DNA of 32,000 nucleotides. Source: Candidatus Saccharimonadota bacterium. GTDB lineage: Bacteria > Patescibacteriota > Gracilibacteria > UBA4473. Made by a program: the position numbers and the translations under genes. Positions 7,281-16,833 of the stretch are shown here, piece by piece. Numbering within the stretch: position 1 is the stretch's first letter; the number at the start of each line of letters is the position of its first letter. Under the pieces are notes generated by a model. That model was not told where the DNA came from and did not search any database. It saw nothing but the letters and a program-made list of their open reading frames with translations. The stretch lies in contig OZ245819.1 in assembly GCA_965228485.1 (NCBI GenBank), positions 1,170,001 through 1,202,000 of the forward strand. Direction: 5' to 3'.

Positions 7281-8948
7281 ATGGCGCAGAAACAAAAAGC
7301 GATAAAAGTTCGGCTCAAGCACGGAGATACGGCTCGGCAAGTTTTGGATTTGCTGGAGAAGGTTGGTGCGAAAAATATTTGTTTTGTGCTGGAATCTGAT
7401 TTTTTGCTGATTACTGAGCAGGTTTTTTTGAAGCGTCTTAAAGAATCGGTTTTAAATCTTGGAAAAGATCTGACTTTTGTGACCAAGAAAAAGTATTTTC
7501 AGGAAATACTCACACATCATAAATTTAATGTTTTGGGCTATGAGCCAGAGCTTTTTGCTGATTTGGAGTTAAAAAATTTACAACATTTTTTTGGTAAGGT
7601 TGAAGCGACTAAGAATGAGTTTGAAACTAAAAAAATAGATTTTAAACCGAAAATTTCTTCTGGACCTGTTAGCCGTCCACAGTTTTCGACTAAACGGATT
7701 GAAGACTTGAAGCAAGAGAAGAGCTTGAGAGGGATATATTTCTTTATCTTTTTGTTTTTTATTGGGGCTTTGGGGGCGGTATTTGTCTTTATTGCTCCAC
7801 AGGCAGAGATTACGATTAAGCCCAAAATTTCAACCATTGAGACGACTCAGAATGTGTTGATTGGACTCGCTGATGCGAGCTTTGATGATGCGGATAAAAA
7901 TTTACCAAAACTAGCGGGTATTTTAGTTCAGACAGAAATTGAGGATACAGAGATATTCCCTTCTGGAGGAAGAGAGTATGAAGTCACGAATGCTTCTGGG
8001 AAGGTAACAATTTTTAATGAGACCGAAGAATCTAAGTACTTATTGCCTTCAAGGTTGGCCACAGCCGATGGGGTAATCGTGCGAATGCAGGACGAGGTAA
8101 CGATCCCTCCAAGATCAGAAGGAAAGGCTGGTGAAGGCGTGGTAGAAGTCGTGGCCGATAGTTTTGATGAAGATGAAAAACCGATTGGAAGTAGAGGTAA
8201 TTTGGATGCAGGGACGGAGTTCTTCTTTCCAGCGCTGAGAAGTGAAACTCGAGAGCTTTACTATGCAAAGGCAAACAAGGGGCCTTTGGTAGGCGGGTCT
8301 ACGCTTACAAAGTATTTTGTTCAAGAAACTGATTTTGAAAACGCTCAAGAGTTAATGGCTCAGTCATTGGGAATTAGAGCGGTGGAAAATCTCAAAGCAG
8401 AAATGGAGAAGCGTAGTAATCGTGAAGGGAAAGAATATGTTCTCCTCGAACAATCAAACTTGTTGAGGTCGGAAATGACGGAGTATATTTTTGACGAGAC
8501 AAAAATTGGAGAGCCGCTGCAGACTTTTGAAGTTGGAGGAAAGCTTGTGATGTCTGGAATCGTATTTGATCAAGCGGCAGTGGTAGAGGTGTTGTCTGAA
8601 AAATTAGGAAACAATCAAGATCATCGTAAGAAGATTATCGAAGTTGATGAAAATTCGATTCTTTATCGAGTTTTGGATTCTTCTAATTTTGAAGAAAGTC
8701 GTTGGGTGAAACTATCGGTTTCTCTCAAGGGAGTTGAGACGATTGATTTTGAGGCGGAAAACCAATTTGCTCGAGAATGGCAGCAAAATGTGAAAAAAGA
8801 GATTATGGGTAAAAGTGCGGACCAGGCTCGGGGAATACTACTAAACCATCCAGAAATTGAAGAAGTGCTCAACTTTAAGATTAGTCCTTTTTGGAAAAAT
8901 AGTATTCCGCTACTGTTTGATCAGATAAAACTCAAGGTTCGGTATTAA
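7281..8948 (+). CDS. Hypothetical single-pass membrane protein with a large extracytoplasmic C-terminal region
   Basis: The long ORF has one clear TM segment (GIYFFIFLFFIGALGAVFVFIAP, about aa 160-185). The track start at 7272 is TTG, and the first ATG is 7281 (MAQKQKAIK). No family recognised with confidence. Confidence 0.6.
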   Translation: MAQKQKAIKVRLKHGDTARQVLDLLEKVGAKNICFVLESDFLLITEQVFLKRLKESVLNLGKDLTFVTKKKYFQEILTHHKFNVLGYEPELFADLELKNLQHFFGKVEATKNEFETKKIDFKPKISSGPVSRPQFSTKRIEDLKQEKSLRGIYFFIFLFFIGALGAVFVFIAPQAEITIKPKISTIETTQNVLIGLADASFDDADKNLPKLAGILVQTEIEDTEIFPSGGREYEVTNASGKVTIFNETEESKYLLPSRLATADGVIVRMQDEVTIPPRSEGKAGEGVVEVVADSFDEDEKPIGSRGNLDAGTEFFFPALRSETRELYYAKANKGPLVGGSTLTKYFVQETDFENAQELMAQSLGIRAVENLKAEMEKRSNREGKEYVLLEQSNLLRSEMTEYIFDETKIGEPLQTFEVGGKLVMSGIVFDQAAVVEVLSEKLGNNQDHRKKIIEVDENSILYRVLDSSNFEESRWVKLSVSLKGVETIDFEAENQFAREWQQNVKKEIMGKSADQARGILLNHPEIEEVLNFKISPFWKNSIPLLFDQIKLKVRY

Positions 8949-9607
8949 AATACAGACACAAGCTCTTTAAGGGCTTTTTCTGGGTTTTTAGCTTTACAGA
9001 TGGCGCTCGCTACCAGAAATCCCTGGGCTCCAAGCTTAAGGCTAATTTCAATGTCTTCTGGAGAGTTGATTCCAGCTCCTACGAGGAGGGGGATTCCACC
9101 ACTTCTCTGGACAGATTCTTCAATAGAAGTTGGCTTGGCTGAAGCCACTGAAGCTTTGCTAGAACCAATTAATTCTGGTGGTTCAAAGGCTAGAAAGTCT
9201 GGATCGTACTGACTAAAGTTTTCCACTTCTTCAGGGTTTTCTGCGCAAACAATTCGAATTAAGCTCGATTTTTGGGCGCAGGCTAGACTATTGATAATGT
9301 CTTCTTCTGGGACTCGTCTTTCAGAGTGATTAAGGAGGGTTCCAACTCCTCCAGAGTTTTTTACGTTTGTAGCCATCACATGCCCGGTAAAGCTTCCATA
9401 GTCAATAGGGTCAATGTGTTGAGCAAAGACAGGAATTGATACTTCTTGGCTTATTCTGTAAAGATCTAGATGAGAAACGGCAATCGCAATTGAAACGCCA
9501 GTATCTTGGGCGACTTTTTCGTGAATTTTGGCAAGTGTTAGGGCATTTTTCCCCGTTGATTGCTCGTAGTTTTTGAAGTTGGTGATAAAAATAGGTGTTT
9601 TTAGCAT
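8945..9607 (-). CDS. tpiA: Triosephosphate isomerase, short archaeal-type (about 220 aa)
   Basis: FITNFKNYEQSTGKNAL, GTLLNHSERRV, AFEPPELIGS and VGAGINSPEDI, with a length of 220 aa, match the archaeal TIM pattern rather than the about 250-aa bacterial one. Confidence 0.85.
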   Translation of the reverse strand: MLKTPIFITNFKNYEQSTGKNALTLAKIHEKVAQDTGVSIAIAVSHLDLYRISQEVSIPVFAQHIDPIDYGSFTGHVMATNVKNSGGVGTLLNHSERRVPEEDIINSLACAQKSSLIRIVCAENPEEVENFSQYDPDFLAFEPPELIGSSKASVASAKPTSIEESVQRSGGIPLLVGAGINSPEDIEISLKLGAQGFLVASAICKAKNPEKALKELVSVF

Positions 9608-9693
9608 TTCGAAAAAATTCTAGTCTTTCGTTGATGAAAATGAAAGAATTTGTGTTTTTTTTTATTCTTTTCTTGGTTTGGTTAATATTTAGT

Positions 9694-9721
9694 TTGACAA
9701 ACGATTAAAGCCTACTAATAT
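9694..9721 (+). promoter_or_regulatory. Candidate promoter of the infC-rpmI-rplT operon
   Basis: TTGACA (9694-9699), a 16-nt spacer, then TAATAT (9716-9721). Confidence 0.5.
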
Positions 9722-9761
9722 CACGCGGCTTTTTTAGCATATTAAACCTTTTAATTTTACC

Positions 9762-10328
9762 ATAGCAGTCCCATTTCGCGGCGGTCGACGAAGACGATTT
9801 AAAAGAGAGCGAGAGCCTCAACATCGAATCAATGAAAAGATTCGATCTCAGTCTGTTCGAGTGGTTACCGATGATGGTGAGATGTTAGGGGTAATGCCAA
9901 TAACTGAGGCGCTATCTGCTGCCAAGGCTCGAGAGTTAGATCTTGTTGAGATTTCTCCAAAGGCCGATCCTCCAGTTTGTAAGATTATTGACTACGGTAA
10001 ATATCTTTACGAACAAAAGAAGAAGGAAAAGGCTCAAAAGAAAGCTTCAAAGGGGCATGAAATGAAAGGTATTCGGTTGAGTTTCCGAATTGGTCCAGGG
10101 GATCTGGAACGACAAAGAAAACACGCCGAAGATTTTCTCACGACAGGACATCCAATTCGAATACAGATGGTGATGAGAGGTCGAGAGAAAGCTCATAAAG
10201 ATCTAGCTCTGGAAAAAATGAAGGAATTTCTTTCTTCTCTAGAAGAGTTTGGATCAGTAGATAATCCACCTAGACCAGCAGGTTTTCAGATTGTAGCGAT
10301 TATGAAGCCTAAAGGGGGAACAAAGTAA
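9762..10328 (+). CDS. infC: Translation initiation factor IF-3, probable non-canonical (AUA/AUU) start
   Basis: The track GTG at 9861 cuts off the conserved N-terminus RINEKIRSQSVRVV, which is encoded in frame upstream. The frame is open from 9738 and contains no ATG/GTG/TTG, only ATT 9741, ATA 9762, ATC 9828 and ATT 9840. The remainder (DLVEISPKADPPVCKIIDYGKY...) is canonical IF-3. Confidence 0.85.
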   Translation: MAVPFRGGRRRRFKREREPQHRINEKIRSQSVRVVTDDGEMLGVMPITEALSAAKARELDLVEISPKADPPVCKIIDYGKYLYEQKKKEKAQKKASKGHEMKGIRLSFRIGPGDLERQRKHAEDFLTTGHPIRIQMVMRGREKAHKDLALEKMKEFLSSLEEFGSVDNPPRPAGFQIVAIMKPKGGTK

Positions 10329-10342
10329 ATTAAAACTTTACA

Positions 10343-10540
10343 ATGAAGCAAAAGACACATTCAGGTACGAAAAAGAGAACTCGGGTAACGGGTTCTGGAA
10401 AAATAGTTTTCCAAAAAGCAGCTAAAAACCATCTTTTGAGCTCTAAAAATAAACGAGCGAAAAAATCATTCCGAGGAGGGATCATTGCTCCAAAAGGACA
10501 TATGAAAGTGTTATCTCGGTTATTGAAAATTTCAAAATAA
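10343..10540 (+). CDS. rpmI: 50S ribosomal protein L35
   Basis: 65 aa, MKQKTHSGTKKRTRVTGSGKIVFQKAAKNHLL. It lies between infC and rplT. Confidence 0.95.
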   Translation: MKQKTHSGTKKRTRVTGSGKIVFQKAAKNHLLSSKNKRAKKSFRGGIIAPKGHMKVLSRLLKISK

Positions 10541-10593
10541 TAAATTATAGCCTGTGTTACAGGTTTACTACTCATTAAATTAATTACTAAGTT

Positions 10594-10947
10594 ATGGTAC
10601 GAGTTAAAGGCGGAGTCGCATCAAGAAACCGACACAAGAAAGTGTTAGCACAAACTAAGGGTTTCCGAGGTAAACGAAGTACAACTTTCAAAATGGCTAT
10701 GCAGGCCCTAATGAAAGCTGGAACTAATGCTTACGTTGGACGTAAACAAAAGAAACGAGACTTTCGAGCTCTTTGGATCGGAAGAATCTCTACAGCTCTT
10801 CGAGCAAAAGGTCTTCGATACTCAGCCGTGAAAAATGGTTGGCTGCATGCTCGAATGGAAATTGATCGAAAAAACCTATCAGAATTGGCGGTAAACTATC
10901 CAGCTGTTTTTGATAAAGTGGTTGAAGTAGCGAAAAAAGCTAAATAA
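10594..10947 (+). CDS. rplT: 50S ribosomal protein L20
   Basis: 117 aa, MVRVKGGVASRNRHKKVLAQTKGFRGKRST. Confidence 0.95.
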   Translation: MVRVKGGVASRNRHKKVLAQTKGFRGKRSTTFKMAMQALMKAGTNAYVGRKQKKRDFRALWIGRISTALRAKGLRYSAVKNGWLHARMEIDRKNLSELAVNYPAVFDKVVEVAKKAK

Positions 10948-10972
10948 TAGCACTCTAAAAATTAAAATTATG

Positions 10973-11002
10973 ATCACCAACTTCTTGTTGGTGATTTTTT
11001 TT
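10973..11002 (+). terminator. Rho-independent terminator after rplT
   Basis: Stem ATCACCAAC (10973-10981), loop TTCTT, stem GTTGGTGAT (10987-10995), followed by T7. Confidence 0.8.
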
Positions 11003-11024
11003 ATTAATTGCCTTTACGATCTAG

Positions 11025-12880
<1,856 letters not shown>

Positions 12881-12944
12881 TGATATTAGATTATGGAATA
12901 AAGATTTAGTTTTCAATTCATTTTAACGATACAATGTTGTCTGA

Positions 12945-14270
12945 ATGACACGGGTAACTTATTTTTTGATCGGACTATTTGCTTTCTTGCTTCCTTTGCA
13001 TGGTGGTATTTCGGTTTTTTTCCCTGAAAATTTTCGCTGGTGGAAAGAAATTTTGTTAATGGTATTAGCGGTTCTTTTTGTATTGAATCTCTGTTTAAAT
13101 CGTCATTTTTGGCATCATTTTAGAAGCCAGGTATTTCCATTTAACAAATCTTTTTTATTGATGCCTTGGTTTTGGAGTTTGATGTTTCTTGTTTGGGGAG
13201 TTTTGTTGGTAGTTTTTTCCCAAGATTTACACACTAGTGCTGTGGCTTTTAGGTACTTAGGATTTGGTTTTTTTGCCTTTGTGTTGTGGTTTTTTTGGTG
13301 TAAAACTTTGATGAAATCTGCAAAAAATGAGGAAAGTTTTGGAGATGTTTTTTTGCACATTTTTTGCACATTTTTCGTTTTTGGAGTTACGGTTTCTGTT
13401 TTATTTGGGGGTTGGGCTCAGTTTTGTGGGGGGTTTGAAATTGTTAGTAAATTTTATGCCTCGACTATTTCTAGTTGGGTTCCTGGTCAAACATTGCCTT
13501 TGTATCATGAGGCAGGTGGACAGATTCGTATGCAGGGACTTTCTTCTGGTCCAATTGAGTTGGCACATTTGTGTCTTCTAGGATTAGTATGTTTGATGGG
13601 GTTGCGACAAAAATGGCCGAAATGGAGTCTTTTGTGTTTTGGCGGTGTTTTTCTTTTTGGGATATATTTCACGGCTTCAAGAGCGGTTGAATTAGTCCTT
13701 TTATTGGTAGTTTTATTTTTGGCGTTGAAGCCATTTTTATTTAAATATCTGAGTATTGAATCTTTGCTTTTTATTTTGTTGGGATTGAGTCTTTTTCTGG
13801 GGACAGCAAAGTGGATTTTAACCACAGAATGGGCGGAGAATAATACATGGTTAAATCAAGAAGTGGGAGCTAGAGGGGGGACTATGGATCATTTTACTAG
13901 ACCTGTTGAAGCGGTGAAATCGGGTATTAAAACTCCAATGTTTGGTCAAGTCGGTCAGTGGGGACCTGCAGCTCGTGCTAAAAATCTGGCGGTTAATAAT
14001 GATGATAAAGCTCCAATTGCAGAAAATGTATTTGCCGATTGGTTTGTTCAGTTGGGGATTTTAGGTCTTTTGTTGGGGATAAGTTTTCTTGTGGCCTTAT
14101 GTCGACAGTTTTGGATTGATCAAAGTTTTATTGGAATAGGGCTTATTTCGATGTTTATTATACCTTTGAACTTGGCAACGATTTTTGACATGAGTCCAAT
14201 TAGTTTGAGCTTTTTTACTTTCTTAGCTTTACTTATGGTAAGGTCTGATGAGATTTTGTTGGTAAAATAG
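12945..14270 (+). CDS. O-antigen ligase/polymerase-like (Wzy_C-type) polytopic membrane protein
   Basis: 441 aa with more than 10 TM spans and one large loop. The segment FTASRAVELVLLLVVLFL is typical of the Wzy_C family. It lies next to mraY. Confidence 0.55.
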   Translation: MTRVTYFLIGLFAFLLPLHGGISVFFPENFRWWKEILLMVLAVLFVLNLCLNRHFWHHFRSQVFPFNKSFLLMPWFWSLMFLVWGVLLVVFSQDLHTSAVAFRYLGFGFFAFVLWFFWCKTLMKSAKNEESFGDVFLHIFCTFFVFGVTVSVLFGGWAQFCGGFEIVSKFYASTISSWVPGQTLPLYHEAGGQIRMQGLSSGPIELAHLCLLGLVCLMGLRQKWPKWSLLCFGGVFLFGIYFTASRAVELVLLLVVLFLALKPFLFKYLSIESLLFILLGLSLFLGTAKWILTTEWAENNTWLNQEVGARGGTMDHFTRPVEAVKSGIKTPMFGQVGQWGPAARAKNLAVNNDDKAPIAENVFADWFVQLGILGLLLGISFLVALCRQFWIDQSFIGIGLISMFIIPLNLATIFDMSPISLSFFTFLALLMVRSDEILLVK

Positions 14271-14311
14271 TTGATTATTCGTTGGTTGCTCGCTAAAAGT
14301 ATCTAGAAATT

Positions 14312-15376
14312 ATGGAATCAATTCACGTTGCCAATCTTGCTCAAATTGCTCTGTATGCACTCTTTGCATTTGTTCTTGCTATGGGGGCTTTCCCTCCGTT
14401 TATTCAGTTTGTACAGAACTATAAGCTGACTCAGAAAATCCGAGAAGAAGGTCTGTCTGGAGGGGTGGCAAAGTTGTTTAATAAACTTCACGCTCACAAA
14501 GCTGGTACGCCGACTATGGGAGGGGCGGTTATCATTGGATCAGTTGTGATTACGGTGATTTTTTCTCGTATATTGGCTTATTTTGGTTTAGTAGAGCATT
14601 CATTGCTTAATCGGGGAGAAACTTATTTGCCCATTATTACTTTGATCTTTGTAGGGGTTCTAGGACTTCTTGATGATTATCTAAATATCACTGAAAAATC
14701 AGCTCAGAAAGGTTTATCAGCTCGAGTAAAAATGTGGACACTCTTGGGCTTTGCTTTTGCTGGAGCTATGTGGTTTGTGTTTAAATTGGAATGGTCACTA
14801 ATTCATGTGCCAGGGATTGGAGATTTTGATATTGGTTTGCTCTATTTTCCTTTGTTTATGTTTATTGTGGTAGGGGTTTCCAACTCGGTAAATTTAACCG
14901 ATGGTTTGGATGGACTTGCGGGAGGGCTTTTGGCGATTGCTTATTCCGTATTCGCAGTTATTGCTTATTTTTATGGACTGCCTATTTTGGCTACATTTTG
15001 TGTGGTTGTCGCGGCTAGTATTTTTGCCTTTCTTTGGTTTAATGTCCCCCCCGCCTCTATCTATATGGGAGATACGGGGAGTTTGGCATTGGGGGCGACT
15101 TTAGGAGTTATTGCGATGCTTTGTGATGCCGTAATCGTCTTGGCGGTAGTAGGTTTGATTTTTGTACTGGAAACTATTTCAGTCATGTTGCAGCTTTTCT
15201 GGAAAAAACGTTTTAAGAAAAAATTATTTCTCATTGCTCCATTACATCATCACTTTGAAGCCAAGGGATGGTCTGAGACTCAGATTGTTATGAGATTTTG
15301 GTTGATGGGGGGAGTTTTTGGCATTATGGGACTTTTAATCGGTCTTATTGGTATGGGAGAAGGATTTGGTCTTTAG
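14312..15376 (+). CDS. mraY: Phospho-N-acetylmuramoyl-pentapeptide transferase
   Basis: 354 aa. Motifs seen: KAGTPTMGG, NSVNLTDGLDGLAGG, MGDTGSLALG and APLHHHFE. Confidence 0.95.
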   Translation: MESIHVANLAQIALYALFAFVLAMGAFPPFIQFVQNYKLTQKIREEGLSGGVAKLFNKLHAHKAGTPTMGGAVIIGSVVITVIFSRILAYFGLVEHSLLNRGETYLPIITLIFVGVLGLLDDYLNITEKSAQKGLSARVKMWTLLGFAFAGAMWFVFKLEWSLIHVPGIGDFDIGLLYFPLFMFIVVGVSNSVNLTDGLDGLAGGLLAIAYSVFAVIAYFYGLPILATFCVVVAASIFAFLWFNVPPASIYMGDTGSLALGATLGVIAMLCDAVIVLAVVGLIFVLETISVMLQLFWKKRFKKKLFLIAPLHHHFEAKGWSETQIVMRFWLMGGVFGIMGLLIGLIGMGEGFGL

Positions 15377-15424
15377 AAATTGATTTTAAGGATTATTTTT
15401 TTAGACTCTTTTCAGTTTTTTTGT

Positions 15425-15514
15425 GGAGAGGTGACAGAGTGGTCGAATGTGCTCGCCTGGAACGCGGGTGTGGGGGCAACTCCACCGTGGGTTCGAATCC
15501 CATCCTCTCCGCCA
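15425..15514 (+). tRNA. tRNA-Ser (anticodon GGA), class II with long variable arm, CCA encoded
   Basis: Acceptor is GGAGAGG/CCTCTCC. Anticodon stem CTCGC/GCGGG carries loop CTGGAAC (GGA). The long variable arm is TGTGGGGGCAACTCCACC. The T loop is TTCGAAT, with discriminator G plus CCA. Confidence 0.95.
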
Positions 15515-15633
15515 GAAAAACAGACCATAAGGCATTAAATTAATCTCGGCATACAGAAGATTGATCCCTCTCTCATGGAGATAAATTGAGTCAGTAACCC
15601 AATACTTATCTACCTAAACTTTAAAAAGAAAAA

Positions 15634-16467
15634 CTATTTAATAGTTTGCCCTGGCAAAATAAGATCAAGAACTCCGTGCCCCATCCATTTTTTAATAAAT
15701 TTGGCTACTTTCCCATCTAGGTTTGGCGTGTACCTTCTTTTAGGCGCACTACTTTGAGCTGCATGCAGTACCGCCTTGGCTATTGTGTCTGGGGACGCTC
15801 CGTTATCAACTCCTTTACTCCAGTGGGCTCGAAAATTTTTCATCTGCGTTTTATAAGGCGCGGAATTCGGATGTTTTTCACATTTATCAAGGTAGGGCAA
15901 ACTGGCGTTATCAATATCCGTATCGATATACCCCGGCTCTATAAGCGATACCCTAATACCAAAGGCTTTCACCTCCATTCGAAGTGCATCTCCAAGCGCT
16001 TGTTGTGCATGTTTAGTGGCTGGGTACCAAGCCATACCGGGCAACGAAACATGACCAGCACTTGAAGAACAGATAATAACTCGACCAAATTGTTGGGCTC
16101 TCATATGTGGTAAAACCGCGGTAAGCACTCTAGCATTCCCCAACACATTCACATCAAACTGGTAGCGCACATCTTCAATATCTTGCAGCTCTACTGGTCC
16201 CAAAAGACAAAATCCCGCATTGGCAAATAACGCATCAATACGCCCTTCTTTTTCAATGATCGTATCCACCACTTTTTGCACGGCCTCATCATCGGTTACA
16301 TCACAGTGCATAGCGATGGCTCCAAGAGCTTCTAAATCTTTCATTAGTTCGACACGACGAGCCACCCCATAGACTTTAAATCCATTTTCCTGCAGCATTT
16401 TTGCCGAAGCGTGTCCGATTCCAGTTGAGGCACCAGTAACCAGTGCAATTTTTTGAGAATTTTTCAT
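15634..16467 (-). CDS. Short-chain dehydrogenase/reductase (classical SDR)
   Basis: 277 aa. It has the cofactor motif TGASTGIG, NAG, and the catalytic S...YPATK (YxxxK). Confidence 0.9.
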   Translation of the reverse strand: MKNSQKIALVTGASTGIGHASAKMLQENGFKVYGVARRVELMKDLEALGAIAMHCDVTDDEAVQKVVDTIIEKEGRIDALFANAGFCLLGPVELQDIEDVRYQFDVNVLGNARVLTAVLPHMRAQQFGRVIICSSSAGHVSLPGMAWYPATKHAQQALGDALRMEVKAFGIRVSLIEPGYIDTDIDNASLPYLDKCEKHPNSAPYKTQMKNFRAHWSKGVDNGASPDTIAKAVLHAAQSSAPKRRYTPNLDGKVAKFIKKWMGHGVLDLILPGQTIK

Positions 16468-16477
16468 GAAATTTTAA

Positions 16478-16506
16478 ATGAGTACTTACTCACTTTCTAA
16501 ATTATA
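16478..16506 (-). promoter_or_regulatory. Operator-like motif plus -10 box upstream of the SDR gene
   Basis: On the plus strand, ATGAGTACTTACTCACTTT (16478-16496) differs from 3571-3589 only in the 3 central bases. On the minus strand, TATAAT (16501-16506) precedes it. The downstream leader TTTAAAATTT..ATG is shared with the hydrolase operon. Confidence 0.5.
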
Positions 16507-16833
16507 ACTTGGAAGTCAAATTAATTTTTTAACGCGCTAATGAACTCTCAATTCATTTAAAGCTCTAAAGTTTTTTCCAAATTTTTGATTTTTTAGAAAT
16601 GGTTCTGAGTGAGCATTAACCCGTGTTTTTAGAAAAATATTTTTTCATTGAAAATTTTTTTTGTCAATTAATTTTTTAGTTTTTAGTTTTTTACTTAAAG
16701 GATATCTTCACTTTTTTTTATCGTCTTTTTCTGAGCACAAAAATAGTTCTTAATCTTGACTTAATGTTCACATAGTAGAACTTTAAATAATTTTATGTTC
16801 CAATAAACAGGTACAAAAATGTGATTTTTTAAA

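Noticed and set aside
2087-8872. Assorted short ORFs nested in or antisense to longer genes. These are 2087..2317, 2822..3046, 4141..4422, 6735..7001, 7124..7399, 7250..7486, 7538..7837, 8032..8274, 8115..8348 and 8663..8872. Later examples are 9000..9212, 11004..11207, 11098..11304, 11768..12264, 12456..12827, 13115..13825, 14901..15104, 15754..16065, 16874..17122, 17979..18427, 28319..28615, 29620..30144 and 30379..30790.
   Set aside because: Each overlaps a longer ORF that has clear family motifs or membrane or signal features. Their compositions are typical of off-frame translation.
8945-8948. Convergent gene pairs whose stop codons overlap (7281..8948 with tpiA; obg with 12320..12880 at 12320-12323).
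   Set aside because: The overlap is real in the sequence, but it is ordinary gene packing in a compact genome and not evidence of a special mechanism.
10330-10575. An 81-aa minus-strand ORF opposite rpmI.
   Set aside because: It is antisense to the well-supported L35 gene within a conserved operon.
15298-15543. An 81-aa plus-strand ORF overlapping the end of mraY and all of tRNA-Ser.
   Set aside because: It is out of frame with mraY and runs through a clear tRNA gene, so it is spurious.
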